The notes under the pieces are model-generated. The model was given only the letters and a program-made list of their open reading frames with translations. It had not been told where the DNA came from and ran no database searches. A stretch of 64,000 nucleotides of DNA from Bacilli bacterium (GTDB lineage: Bacteria > Bacillota_I > Bacilli_A > ML615J-28 > CAG-698), in contig JBMNLZ010000001.1 in NCBI GenBank assembly GCA_050953065.1, positions 224,001 through 288,000 of the forward strand. The letters are read 5' to 3'. Numbering within the stretch: the first letter of the stretch is position 1; each line of letters begins with the position of its first letter. Both the position numbers and the translations under genes were made by a program. Below are positions 11,864 through 22,673 of the stretch, piece after piece.

Positions 11864-12613
11864 TTAATCACGACGCGATAAAATAATAAAAAGCAATCTT
11901 AACACTTGAAGATACAACCAAATTGTTGTAAATACTAAACCGAAAGCTGCAAACCATTCCATTTGTTTTGGATAGCCACCTTCTACAATCTCACGTATTT
12001 GTTCTAAGTCCCAAAACAAATATAAACTTGCTAGAAAAATAAAAATTGAACTAATTAAAACTATTAAGAATATGTTATCACTATTAAAAATATTTAGAAG
12101 TGATGGAGCAATCCATGAAATCAAGAATAACAACAGCCATAAAAATAAAACGCTAAAAGCAAAGATAGATAAAAATCTTATAAACTTTCCATTAACCTTT
12201 ACAATTCCAGTAGTATATAAAGTAGCAACAACCATTAAAACAGATAAAGTTCCTAAAACTGCAGCTAAAGCAACCCCCGGAACAAACGCCTCAAAAAATA
12301 ATGAAACAGTTCCTACAAGAATTCCTTCTAATATACAATAAATTATACCGGTTGTTTTAACCATTCTAACAGATAGCATTGAAATAAACGCTGTAAAAAA
12401 AGTGCCTACTACAGATATTCCCAACATGATAGCTAACATTTCAAAGTTAGTTTGAAGCAAATAAAAACTTACAAATACCCCCAACAATAAAAATGCTAAA
12501 TAAATAAACAACTTAGAAGACACACCTTTATAAGTCGCAACCTCAACTGCTTCTTGATCTTCAACAACACTCAAGCCTTTTTTATAAACAATATTTTCAT
12601 TATAAACACGCAT
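11864..12613 (-). CDS. Bax inhibitor-1/YccA family membrane protein
   Basis: About 7 TM segments; C-terminal D...I...GYPKQMEWFAAFGLVFTTIWLY. Start refined to ATG 12613 after GAGGTG. Confidence 0.85.
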   Translation of the reverse strand: MRVYNENIVYKKGLSVVEDQEAVEVATYKGVSSKLFIYLAFLLLGVFVSFYLLQTNFEMLAIMLGISVVGTFFTAFISMLSVRMVKTTGIIYCILEGILVGTVSLFFEAFVPGVALAAVLGTLSVLMVVATLYTTGIVKVNGKFIRFLSIFAFSVLFLWLLLFLISWIAPSLLNIFNSDNIFLIVLISSIFIFLASLYLFWDLEQIREIVEGGYPKQMEWFAAFGLVFTTIWLYLQVLRLLFIILSRRD

Positions 12614-12663
12614 TTTTATCACCTCACTTGTAATAGTATAACATAAAAACTAAAATTTTTCAA

Positions 12664-15600
12664 TTAAAATAAAGTTATTTTATCATCATCTGGTAAATCT
12701 TTAAATACTCCTAAAATATCCATGCGTTCAAACAAAGTAGAAGTTATTTTTGTTCGTAACTGAATATCTCTTTTTGATAAAAACATTTTTTCTTTTCTAG
12801 CCATAACTATTGTTTCTGCAATCGATTCACCCAACCCATCAAATGATGTAAAAGGCAAAATTAATCCTTTTTTATCTTCAGTTATCAATAAATCCTTTAT
12901 ATTTGATTTATATATATCCACTTGTTCAAATCTAAAACCTCTTGAAACCATTTCATTAGCAACTATTAAACTATCGAGCAAGTCAATGTCATTTTGTTTA
13001 GCTTCATTCTTACTAATAAGTTCTTTTATTTGATTAATTTTTTCTACAATGGCATCTTTCCCTTTAACAAATATTTCAGCATCGAACTTTTTAGCTCTTG
13101 TAGTAAAGTATTTAGCATAATAAACAATCGGTTTATACACTTTAAACCAAGCAATTCTTAAACACATAATAACATAGGCTGTAGCATGAGCTTTTGGAAA
13201 CAAGTACTTAATAGCTTTACAACTATCAATAAACCATTTTGGAACATCTTGTGCAATCATTAAACTTTGATTGCTATCAGATATTCCTTGTCCTTTACGA
13301 ACAGTTTCCATAATTCTAAACGCATCTTTTTGTTTAATACCTTTGCTTATCAAATAAATCATTATGTCATCTCGACATCCAATCAATTCATCAAAAGGAA
13401 TTGGTGGAACACCTTCTTTGTTACCTAACATGTACTCTCTTAAATTTCCTCGCCAAACATCAGTACCATGACTCAACCCTGAAATTTTTATTAAATCTCC
13501 AAGTTTAGTAGGTCTAATTTCTGAAAGAATTTCTTTAGTAAGTGTAGTACCAAACTCAGGTAAACCAGTAGTTCCAACCACTTCTCCTAAAACATCTATA
13601 CTATCAAGTCCAAGAGCATCTAAACTATTAAATAAACTTAAAACTTTTGGATCTGCTAAAGGAATATCCTCTACTTTATTAAAATTAAATTCATTTGGAT
13701 TTTCATAAACATAATCCATTAAATGTTTAATCATAGTAGGATCATCCTGACCTAAAATATCTAATTTAAGCAAATTTTGTTCATAACTATGATAAGGAAA
13801 ATGCGTAATTAACCACTTAGAATCTAATTTATCTGATGGATACTGTATCGGACTAATTTCATTAATAGTAATATTAGAAGGAACTACAACAACTCCCCCA
13901 GGATGTTGTCCTGTTGTTCTTTTAACATCCATTATTTTTTCAGACATTATGTCAATTTCTACTCTTCTTCTAGTTAATTTTTTTCTTTCCAAGTATCCTC
14001 TTGAATATCCATAAGCAGTTTCTTTTTGAACAGTTTGAATAGTTCCGGCTTTAAAGGTATTATTTTCTCCTAATAAAGTCCTGCAAAACATTTGAGCTTG
14101 ATCTTGAAATTCACTTGAAAAGTTTAAATCTATGTCAGGGATTTTGGCTGCAGTAGCTAAACCTAAAAAAGTTTCAAAAGGAATATCAACTCCATCTTTT
14201 TGTAAAGGCGAATCACAAACAGGGCAATTTGCATCTGGCAAATCATAACCTGTTTTAGTTTCATCTAAATCTTTTTCAAATAAATAATAATGCTCACTAT
14301 TAATATACTTTTCTTTTTCAAAACTAGTCATTTTAAAAGCACTAAAGTAACAATCTGCACAATAATAATGTGGTGGCAAAGGATTAACTTCAGTAATCCC
14401 CATTAATTTAGCAACCAAACTTGATCCTACAGATCCTCTACTACCAACAACATATCCTGCTTCTATTGAATTTCTAACTAGTAAATATGATATGTAATAA
14501 ATTGAAGCATAACCGTTATTAATAATGTTTTTTAATTCATCTTTTAAGCGGTCATCTATATATTCAGGTAAAGGATTCCCATAAAGACTATAAGCTTTAT
14601 CATATGTCATTTCTCTTACCGCTTCTTTAAAAGATGGTAAATCTTGATTTTTTAAATAATCATCTTGTGGTGCATATAACTCATTTGGAAACAAATCAAA
14701 TTCTTCTATTTGATCAGCAATAATATTCGTATTAGTAACAACAATCTCGTATGCTAAGTCTTTACCTAAAAAACTAAATTCCTCAAGCATCTCATTTGTT
14801 GTCATAAAATGTTGAGAAGGAATATTTGTTATATCCGCAAGAGGATGGGTTCCACCACCTACTTGTGGGCTATAAACAAATACTTCTCTAAATTCTTTAT
14901 CTTCTTTATGTAAATGATGAACATCACCAGTTGCTACTACTATAACATTCTTTTCTTTACCTGCTTTTATAATCTTTTTTATGGTAGTTTTAATGTCTTC
15001 TTTAGTTTCTTCATACCCACTTCTTTCAATAAAGTGGCTATAAACACTTGGTGGTTGAACTTCTAGATAATCATAATATTCAACAATATCTAATAGTTCT
15101 TCATAGCTTTTTCGATACGCTGTATCAAAAACTTCTCCCAAATAACAAGACGATCCAACAAGCAAATTCTTTCTTTTATTATTTAAAACACTTTTTAAAA
15201 ATCTCGGCTCTTTATAAATATAATTTACATAAGCCTCACTTATCAAACTATATAAATCTACTTTCCCCTGATAATTTTTACAAAGCAAAGTAATATGGTC
15301 AGGATGAATTTTTTGATAAGATTCATCATTTATTAAATGCATATTAATATCGTTTAGGTTATTAATCCCATCTCTTAATAAATCATTTAGTATTCTTCTA
15401 AATATATGTGCAGTTGCTTCAGCATCAAAAATAGCTCTATGATGTTTTTCTAAAGCATAATCAAAAAATTTAGCTACTCTTTCCAAACCAAAAGTTTTTA
15501 ACTTATCTGAATATCTTGCTTTTGTTAACTCTAAGGTATCAATCGTTGGAAATTCCCCATCATATAATCCTAAAGTTTTTAAAGCAGCATATATAAAGGA

Positions 15601-17163
15601 ATTATCAAAACTAGCATTATGAGCAACTAATATTGCACCTTCACAAAATTTTTTAAATTTAGGTACAATAACTTCCATTCTCTCTGCATTTCTAACAGTA
15701 TCATTACTAATATTAGTTAATTCTTCTATTTTCTTATTAATCTTTTTATTTGGTTTTATATATTCAGAAAACCTATCTATTTCTACACCATTTTGTAGTT
15801 TTATAGCGCCTATTTCAATTATTTCATCATAATTAGAAGACAACCCTGTTGTTTCAATATCATAAACAACATAAATACTAGTCGCTAAATCTAAAGAATC
15901 CTCTGCATATGTTATTCGATAATTTAAATCATCCACAAAAGAAGCCTCAATTCCATAAATCGGCTTTATTTTGTTTTCTCTTGCTAATTTATCAAATTCT
16001 GGAAAAACATGTACATTATTATGATCAGTAATTGCTAAAGCACTATGTCCGTATTTTTTAGCAGTTTCAACATATTTTTTTACTTCCAAAACTGAATCTA
16101 ATATAGACATTTTTGTATGAGCATGTAATTCAACTCTTTTTTCTAAAGCACTATCATCATAACTTAACTTATTAGAATTCCCTAAATCTTCCATTTTTTT
16201 AATTCTTAGATTTATATCTTTACTAAATCTGGAATCATATTCTAAGAAACCTAGAACCTTTACTCTTTTACCTACAACAAATTTGTCTTTGTAATATTTA
16301 AATTCTTTATTCTCAGCATTCAAAAATCTTTTAGCAGAAACAAATCTTTTACCATCGCCTATCACTGCCTCATATAAAAAGCAGTCTTTTTTTTCTAATA
16401 ATTCTGCTTTAATTATTTCACCTTCAATAACACAATCCTTAGTTTTTTTTATATCATTATAGTCTTTCAACTCATTTTCATCAGCTGGTAATTGATCAAA
16501 AGCAATTATATCTCCTGAAATTCTATCTTTATATATCCTTGGGAAACCAGCTTTTTCTTGAGCAACTTTTTCAGAAATTGCCATTTTTTGATCAAATATA
16601 TTTTGTTGACTTATTAAGTTAGCCGTTTGAATTTTATCAACTTCTTGAATTCTTTGTTTTTGTGGAATTTCAAAATTACTTTTTATGATTTCTATAGTAC
16701 AATCAATATCATATAGAATCATTTTTTGCTTAACTTCATCAATTAATTCTTCCACCATGACATAATCATTACTGTCGCCTACAAAAATTTTAATCTCTTG
16801 ATCAGTAAACGCAGTATTAAAAACATTTAAAGCAGAAAATCTTGATTTCGATTCACTTAACTCTTCTAAAATATACCTGTAATAATTTTCTAAATTTTTA
16901 CTATCTATAACCTTTTTTTTGTATTTTAATCGTATTTCAAAATTATATTTTGTTTTAGAAAAATAATTTTTGGATGCAACTATTAATTTTTCAAAAGTTT
17001 CAATTTTTAAAACTTGTGGAAATTCAAACTCTAACTCAGCATGATTATTATCTTTGTCCATTTTTAATGTTGCATGACCTTCAAGCAAGTCATTTGTAGG
17101 AGTTAGAGAAATAGTTTCTAACAATTTTAAAAATTTTTTATTATTTTCTTTCAAAATTAGCAT
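12664..17163 (-). CDS. polC: DNA polymerase III PolC-type
   Basis: ELHAHTKMS PHP domain, DIETTG exonuclease, SRGSVGSS, PDIDLNF, KLDILG, YLFPKAHA. Confidence 0.98.
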   Translation of the reverse strand: MLILKENNKKFLKLLETISLTPTNDLLEGHATLKMDKDNNHAELEFEFPQVLKIETFEKLIVASKNYFSKTKYNFEIRLKYKKKVIDSKNLENYYRYILEELSESKSRFSALNVFNTAFTDQEIKIFVGDSNDYVMVEELIDEVKQKMILYDIDCTIEIIKSNFEIPQKQRIQEVDKIQTANLISQQNIFDQKMAISEKVAQEKAGFPRIYKDRISGDIIAFDQLPADENELKDYNDIKKTKDCVIEGEIIKAELLEKKDCFLYEAVIGDGKRFVSAKRFLNAENKEFKYYKDKFVVGKRVKVLGFLEYDSRFSKDINLRIKKMEDLGNSNKLSYDDSALEKRVELHAHTKMSILDSVLEVKKYVETAKKYGHSALAITDHNNVHVFPEFDKLARENKIKPIYGIEASFVDDLNYRITYAEDSLDLATSIYVVYDIETTGLSSNYDEIIEIGAIKLQNGVEIDRFSEYIKPNKKINKKIEELTNISNDTVRNAERMEVIVPKFKKFCEGAILVAHNASFDNSFIYAALKTLGLYDGEFPTIDTLELTKARYSDKLKTFGLERVAKFFDYALEKHHRAIFDAEATAHIFRRILNDLLRDGINNLNDINMHLINDESYQKIHPDHITLLCKNYQGKVDLYSLISEAYVNYIYKEPRFLKSVLNNKRKNLLVGSSCYLGEVFDTAYRKSYEELLDIVEYYDYLEVQPPSVYSHFIERSGYEETKEDIKTTIKKIIKAGKEKNVIVVATGDVHHLHKEDKEFREVFVYSPQVGGGTHPLADITNIPSQHFMTTNEMLEEFSFLGKDLAYEIVVTNTNIIADQIEEFDLFPNELYAPQDDYLKNQDLPSFKEAVREMTYDKAYSLYGNPLPEYIDDRLKDELKNIINNGYASIYYISYLLVRNSIEAGYVVGSRGSVGSSLVAKLMGITEVNPLPPHYYCADCYFSAFKMTSFEKEKYINSEHYYLFEKDLDETKTGYDLPDANCPVCDSPLQKDGVDIPFETFLGLATAAKIPDIDLNFSSEFQDQAQMFCRTLLGENNTFKAGTIQTVQKETAYGYSRGYLERKKLTRRRVEIDIMSEKIMDVKRTTGQHPGGVVVVPSNITINEISPIQYPSDKLDSKWLITHFPYHSYEQNLLKLDILGQDDPTMIKHLMDYVYENPNEFNFNKVEDIPLADPKVLSLFNSLDALGLDSIDVLGEVVGTTGLPEFGTTLTKEILSEIRPTKLGDLIKISGLSHGTDVWRGNLREYMLGNKEGVPPIPFDELIGCRDDIMIYLISKGIKQKDAFRIMETVRKGQGISDSNQSLMIAQDVPKWFIDSCKAIKYLFPKAHATAYVIMCLRIAWFKVYKPIVYYAKYFTTRAKKFDAEIFVKGKDAIVEKINQIKELISKNEAKQNDIDLLDSLIVANEMVSRGFRFEQVDIYKSNIKDLLITEDKKGLILPFTSFDGLGESIAETIVMARKEKMFLSKRDIQLRTKITSTLFERMDILGVFKDLPDDDKITLF

Positions 17164-17174
17164 CTCCTATCTTT

Positions 17175-18410
17175 TTATTTTACAATCATCTTACTTTCTA
17201 TGTAATATCTTTTTTCATTGGCATGTCCCATAGAGAAAGTTTTTCTTGGAAGGCTTCCACAGTTTACAACATAGTTAAATAAATCTACTTTATTAAGTGG
17301 TGGTAAAGTAATTCCAATACTATTAATATTGTTATCACAAACTTGTTTCATATCATATAATCCATGTACATAATCAACTTTTGTATTAGGATGATTCTTA
17401 ATATAATCATCTATATACTCTTGAACCTCTTTTACTGCTATTGCAGCATTACTTGGCAAAAGAATTTTTTCTGCCACTCCTGTTTTATACAAAATACACT
17501 CAAAATCACCTTTACAAACCTTTTTAAAGCCTTCATAAAAGTCATTGTCTGGATTAAAAACTACTCTATGAATAGGTTCAAAAACTAATCCTTCATCAAA
17601 AATATTCATCACTTCTACTAATGCGTATCTAGCTGGGTGATTAACAACTTCTTTTTCATTTAAAGTTTTTTTCAAATTATCCCAATGAGTTTTAGCCGTA
17701 GCTAAAGAATGATTTCCATCCCCAACTACAAACTGCATAATATTATTGCTATCCCAATTGTTTTCTTTAATTGTTTGTTTTGAAATCAACTCTTCAAAAG
17801 ATTTTATTATTTCTTTACAATTTACAATTTTATAGCCAGTTACATGGCCACCATCCATATTTAAATCAAAATCATAAATTTTTTCAAATTGGTCTTTTTT
17901 ATTATATAAGTTCTCAATTATAGTTTGTTTTTTATCATTTATTAACAATAGAATATGAGGTAACTCAATCAAAGCATTTTTTCTAATTCTAACCCTTGGA
18001 GGAATTCTTTCAATAACCGTTTGTTCAGTTGCTCTAATCATAGCCTTATCAGACGCTTTGTAACTATAAGCATCTAAATCTACAGCCAATACCAATCCTA
18101 ATCTTCTTTTTTGATAAGGTGTCTTTCTATCAATAAGAACCATGCATTCGCCTATGCTTTCTAAAACTCCTTCTTCCAAATATTTTTTCATATTCAAATT
18201 TATACTATCTATAATAGGATTATTATCTTTTTCTAAATAGACTTCTGGAAAAACCAAGCGAAGAGTTGATGGCGCATCACCAACTAAAGAATTTAGTTTT
18301 TCCCAATATTCTGGTTGACTTGTAAATTGATCACAAGCAATAATCGCCCACTTTTCCATATTTACATTTTTTTTAGGCATTAAAATTGTAGGAATTTTAA
18401 TAATACTCAT
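17175..18410 (-). CDS. DUF1015 family protein
   Basis: ACDQFTS, RATE.T...RIPPR, GDGNHSLATAK, LPRKTFSMG. Start refined to ATG 18410 by SD spacing. Confidence 0.85.
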   Translation of the reverse strand: MSIIKIPTILMPKKNVNMEKWAIIACDQFTSQPEYWEKLNSLVGDAPSTLRLVFPEVYLEKDNNPIIDSINLNMKKYLEEGVLESIGECMVLIDRKTPYQKRRLGLVLAVDLDAYSYKASDKAMIRATEQTVIERIPPRVRIRKNALIELPHILLLINDKKQTIIENLYNKKDQFEKIYDFDLNMDGGHVTGYKIVNCKEIIKSFEELISKQTIKENNWDSNNIMQFVVGDGNHSLATAKTHWDNLKKTLNEKEVVNHPARYALVEVMNIFDEGLVFEPIHRVVFNPDNDFYEGFKKVCKGDFECILYKTGVAEKILLPSNAAIAVKEVQEYIDDYIKNHPNTKVDYVHGLYDMKQVCDNNINSIGITLPPLNKVDLFNYVVNCGSLPRKTFSMGHANEKRYYIESKMIVK

Positions 18411-18509
18411 AAACATATCTCCTTTATACCAACTCATTATATTTTATTATTTCAAATAAGTCAAACGATAAAAAACGTTTTTATAAAAATCACCCTTTTT
18501 ATTTTTTTA

Positions 18510-18538
18510 TTGATTTTTTTAGATATCTAGTGTATAAT
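18510..18538 (+). promoter_or_regulatory. sigmaA promoter of coaD
   Basis: TTGATT-17 nt-TATAAT. Confidence 0.65.
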
Positions 18539-18564
18539 TTTACATATATATTAGGAGAAAAAAT

Positions 18565-19059
18565 ATGAAAATAGCTGTTTATCCAGGATCTTTTGATCCA
18601 GTATCTAATGGTCATCTTGATTTAATACATAGAGCTTCGCAAATCTTTGATAAAGTTTATGTTTTAGTATCTATCAATATCAGTAAAAAGTATATGTTTG
18701 ATGCTAATGAAAGAGAACATATGATGAAAATAGCAACTAAAAATTTAAAAAATGTTGTTGTTGAACAAAGTGATGATCTTGTTTTACATTTTGCAAAGAA
18801 AAAAAATGCAAATGTCATCATTAGAGGATTAAGAAGCATGAATGAATATCAACACGAAATAACTCTTTTTCAATTCAATCGTTCAATTGATCCTTCAATT
18901 GATACATTCATTCTTTTCCCTTCTGCTAATAACTTATTCTTATCTAGTTCATCAATAAAAGAATTGGTTGTTTTTAATGAGGATATTTCTAACTACGTAC
19001 CTAAAGATTTAGTAAACTATATTACTACTGAAATAAAAAAGAGAATTCACAAAGATTAA
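18565..19059 (+). CDS. coaD: pantetheine-phosphate adenylyltransferase
   Basis: YPGSFDPVSNGH, RGLR, LSSSSIKE. Confidence 0.96.
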   Translation: MKIAVYPGSFDPVSNGHLDLIHRASQIFDKVYVLVSINISKKYMFDANEREHMMKIATKNLKNVVVEQSDDLVLHFAKKKNANVIIRGLRSMNEYQHEITLFQFNRSIDPSIDTFILFPSANNLFLSSSSIKELVVFNEDISNYVPKDLVNYITTEIKKRIHKD

Positions 19060-19082
19060 ATACACTTAAGAGGAAATTAAAC

Positions 19083-19739
19083 ATGACAAAAATCATCGGA
19101 GCTACTCCAAGAATTTTATTTGAAGGAACTACAAAAAAACAATTTATTAATGAAAGATATCTATCTTTTCTTACTGCTAGGGGCTTTAACGTAATTATGT
19201 TAACAACAAAAAACCCGAACATTGATGAAGTATTATCTTTATGTGATGGTTTTTTAATAACTGGTGGTTCAGATGTTGAGCCTAGTTATTACAATGAGAA
19301 AAATGAGGGGCTATCAAAAGATTGCGATACAGACTTAGATGAAATAGATAAAGCTGTAACACTTTATGCAATTAAACATAAAAAACCTTTACTAGGAATT
19401 TGTAGGGGAATTCAATCAATCAACGTTTTTGCTGGTGGTTCACTTCATCAAGACATAGGAAAAAATCACTCAAATGTAGATAAAGATCATTTGATTAAAA
19501 CATTTAAAAATGATTTCATCGATTTTAAAAAAGAAACAATCAACTGCAACAGTTACCATCATCAAGCAATTAAAGATTTAGCACCAGATTTTGAAATTAT
19601 TGCAAAAAATGGTGATATAGTAGAAGCAATAATACACAAACATCTTCCTATCCTTGGAGTTCAATGGCATCCAGAAGTTACTCCAAATACAGATGAAAGT
19701 AAAATTGTTTTTGAATGTTTTAAAAACCTTTTTAAATAA
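19083..19739 (+). CDS. class I glutamine amidotransferase-like peptidase C26 (gamma-glutamyl-GABA hydrolase family)
   Basis: TGGSDV, GICRG, NSYHHQ and GVQWHPE catalytic triad motifs. Confidence 0.9.
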   Translation: MTKIIGATPRILFEGTTKKQFINERYLSFLTARGFNVIMLTTKNPNIDEVLSLCDGFLITGGSDVEPSYYNEKNEGLSKDCDTDLDEIDKAVTLYAIKHKKPLLGICRGIQSINVFAGGSLHQDIGKNHSNVDKDHLIKTFKNDFIDFKKETINCNSYHHQAIKDLAPDFEIIAKNGDIVEAIIHKHLPILGVQWHPEVTPNTDESKIVFECFKNLFK

Positions 19740-19746
19740 AATATAT

Positions 19747-19773
19747 AAAAAGCACATTTAATATGTGCTTTTT
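19747..19773. terminator. bidirectional terminator
   Basis: AAAAAGCACAT-TTAAT-ATGTGCTTTTT between convergent genes. Confidence 0.85.
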
Positions 19774-19776
19774 ATT

Positions 19777-20805
19777 TTACATTAATTTATTTTTATTAAC
19801 CAAATTTTGATAAGTTTTTTTTAGTTTTTTTCCAACTTCTAAAAGAGTTCTTTTTTCTAATACTTTTAGTCCTTCTTCTATCAAACCTTCCATAGGATTC
19901 TTAAGAATATAATCAATTTTATCAATAAATTCTTCGTTATTATTTGCTTTTATGCAATTAACTCCATCTATTAACCAATCATCAAAAACACCTATATCTC
20001 TTATTAAAACTGGTGTTTTACTAGCTAACGCCTCTAAAACTACAATTCCTTCCGTCTCTTCATAACTAGGAAAGAAAAACAAACTAGCATTTTTTAAAGC
20101 AATTCTTACTTCTTTTTCACTAAGATATCCTGGTAAAATAACATTCTTAGTTTTATTTTTTAAGGCTTTATTAATCTTTAAACTAGTTATAAAAGGATAT
20201 TTTTGTCCTAACCAAACAAATTTAATATCTGGAAATTGTTTAGCTACTTCTATAAAATCATGCAATCCTTTTCTTACAAAATACATTCCAATTCCTAAAA
20301 TGTATTTTTCATTTTTTTTAAGTTTTAGTTTTTCGTTTAATAAATTTATTTCTTGTTCAGTAAAATTGTTGTCATTGGTAAACCTATCTAAATCTATTCC
20401 ATTAGAAATATTTACAATTTCACAATTAACTCCTTTATAATTTGAGATTAATTTTTTCGAATAATTAGTAGGTGTAATAATCAAATCTGCTTTACTATAC
20501 ATTCGCATTATACAATTATTAAACCAAAACGCTATTTGATTAGAAAATTTAAAAGAATTTAAAAAATCTTCTTTTGTACTATGACCATGAACAATCACTG
20601 GAATTTTATTTTTTTTAGTTTTTTTTAGCAATTTATAACTTTTAGAAAAAATGGTATTTATATGAACTAAGTCGTATTTATCTTTTGGGTCTAATGTATA
20701 TTCTACATCATTTAATTCTAATGCTTTCATTTGATGATATAGTGCTCGCCCAATACCACTTTTTTTCAAAGTATTCTGTTTTTCAGAAAAAAGTAAAACC
20801 TTCAT
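19777..20805 (-). CDS. dgs: GT4 glycosyltransferase, diglucosyldiacylglycerol synthase type
   Basis: N-terminus MKVLL..KQ..LKKSGIGRA.YHQ..ALE resembles A. laidlawii Dgs as recalled; FPSYEETEGIVVLEA EX7E motif. Confidence 0.75.
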   Translation of the reverse strand: MKVLLFSEKQNTLKKSGIGRALYHQMKALELNDVEYTLDPKDKYDLVHINTIFSKSYKLLKKTKKNKIPVIVHGHSTKEDFLNSFKFSNQIAFWFNNCIMRMYSKADLIITPTNYSKKLISNYKGVNCEIVNISNGIDLDRFTNDNNFTEQEINLLNEKLKLKKNEKYILGIGMYFVRKGLHDFIEVAKQFPDIKFVWLGQKYPFITSLKINKALKNKTKNVILPGYLSEKEVRIALKNASLFFFPSYEETEGIVVLEALASKTPVLIRDIGVFDDWLIDGVNCIKANNNEEFIDKIDYILKNPMEGLIEEGLKVLEKRTLLEVGKKLKKTYQNLVNKNKLM

Positions 20806-20820
20806 TAATTTATCCTTTAA

Positions 20821-22668
20821 CTACTTCTTTTCCATTCTCAAAATAGTACCGCTTTTTGATTCCAAATGTAAAAACTCATCACATTTTTTATTATTTATTA
20901 AATCAAAATATTTTGCATCTAATTGTAAGTCATATGAAAAATCACTATTATTAATAACAATTAATACTACTTCATTATTATTATATCTTTTGAAAGAAAA
21001 GATTTCCTGATTAATCACATATTCTCGATATAAACCATCAATAAATACACTCATTTTTCTAATTTGAGTTATTTTTTTATACCAATCATTAATATTTTTG
21101 TTTATATTATTCCAAGGAAATGTTCTTCTACAAAATGGATCTTTAAATCCTTGAACTCCTGCTTCATCCCCATAGAATATACAAGGTACACCAGGCAAAG
21201 TAAATTGAAGTAATGATGCGATTTTTAATTTAACAATTGCTTCATCAAACTCTAAATCACTCATTTTATAATTTGCTTGTTCATCTTTTGAAAGTTTTTC
21301 ACCATCTACGTAAGCAAAATTATTTAAAACTCTCATAGTATCGTGGGTACCAAGAATATTCATTAAACTATCTAAAACATGTTTAGGATAATTATTAATA
21401 ATATACCTAATAACATTTTTAAGCTTTCCCCAAGCATTATATCTAACATAAGTAATGATTACTTCTTTAAAAGGATAGTTCATAACACTATCTAATTGCT
21501 TGCCGTTAAAATATTCTTTTCTAACGCTGTATGCCATTTTATTAGATGCATCTTCCCAAACTTCACCAATCAAAAGATTTTCATCATCTACTCTTTTGAC
21601 TGCATTGCTAATGCCTTCAACCATATTATTATTAAGTTCATCAACAACATCTAATCTAAAGCCCTTTGCTCCTAACTTAAGCCATTTTTCAATGACTCCA
21701 TTAGAACCAGCAATAAAATCTAAATAATCCTTTGAATTTTGATTTACACTTGGTAGTGTTGTAAAGCCCCACCAACTATCATATCTATTAGGATATTCAA
21801 TAAATCTAAACCAATCATAATACTTTGAATCTTTTGATTGATAGGCTCCCAGTTCAGGATACTTACCATACTTATTAAAATAGATACTATCATCACCTGT
21901 ATGATTAAAAACACCATCTAATATAATATGCATTTTTCTTTTTTTAGCCTCTTTACAAAGTTTTATAAATGTTTTTTCAGTACCAAACATTGAATCAATT
22001 TTAAGATAATTACCTGTATCATATTTATGATTTGAATAAGCTTCAAATATTGGATTCAAGTAAATTGTAGTTATATTTAATTCAGCTAAATAATCTAACT
22101 TTTTAATAACTCCTTCTAAGTTTCCACCAAAAAAATCATTATTTAAAACCTGACCATTAATAGGCTTATAATTAGGGGTATCATCCCAATTTGTATGCAT
22201 AATTACATCTTCTCTAACAGGTAAATCTTCCCCTTTGAAAAATCTATCAACCATTATTTGATACATCACTGAACCTTTAAACCACTTTAAAGAACCTCTA
22301 AACTTATTATGTATAGTTAATTGCCAATAATTCGGTAAAAAATCTGTCAACCTAGGTTCTAAATTTGGTTTACACCCAATATAGTAAATACCATAACAAT
22401 CTGAAAATTGGAAACAATACCAATACAATCCTTCATTATTTAACGTAAAATCAACGCTATAGACATTATATCTACTATTTTGATCAATAATGTCCATTTG
22501 TTTTGTTAATACATCCATACCACAATCATCTTTAATAATAATCAGTGGTAGAGAGATAATATATTCTTGAGAAATTTTTATCTTGATTGTAATTTTTTTA
22601 TTTTTTTCAGCAGCTCCTACTGGAGACTTAAATTCTTCAAGAATTGGATTGTAAATGATTTTTTCCAT
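20821..22668 (-). CDS. GH13 amylopullulanase/neopullulanase (probable glycogen debranching)
   Basis: YQIMVDRF, DGVFNH, GFRLDVVDE, GEVWED, THDT. Start refined to ATG 22668. Confidence 0.92.
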   Translation of the reverse strand: MEKIIYNPILEEFKSPVGAAEKNKKITIKIKISQEYIISLPLIIIKDDCGMDVLTKQMDIIDQNSRYNVYSVDFTLNNEGLYWYCFQFSDCYGIYYIGCKPNLEPRLTDFLPNYWQLTIHNKFRGSLKWFKGSVMYQIMVDRFFKGEDLPVREDVIMHTNWDDTPNYKPINGQVLNNDFFGGNLEGVIKKLDYLAELNITTIYLNPIFEAYSNHKYDTGNYLKIDSMFGTEKTFIKLCKEAKKRKMHIILDGVFNHTGDDSIYFNKYGKYPELGAYQSKDSKYYDWFRFIEYPNRYDSWWGFTTLPSVNQNSKDYLDFIAGSNGVIEKWLKLGAKGFRLDVVDELNNNMVEGISNAVKRVDDENLLIGEVWEDASNKMAYSVRKEYFNGKQLDSVMNYPFKEVIITYVRYNAWGKLKNVIRYIINNYPKHVLDSLMNILGTHDTMRVLNNFAYVDGEKLSKDEQANYKMSDLEFDEAIVKLKIASLLQFTLPGVPCIFYGDEAGVQGFKDPFCRRTFPWNNINKNINDWYKKITQIRKMSVFIDGLYREYVINQEIFSFKRYNNNEVVLIVINNSDFSYDLQLDAKYFDLINNKKCDEFLHLESKSGTILRMEKK

Positions 22669-22673
22669 ATTTG

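Noticed and set aside
12664-17163. Possible intein in the 1499-aa PolC
   Set aside because: Length is normal for PolC and no intein or LAGLIDADG motifs were seen.
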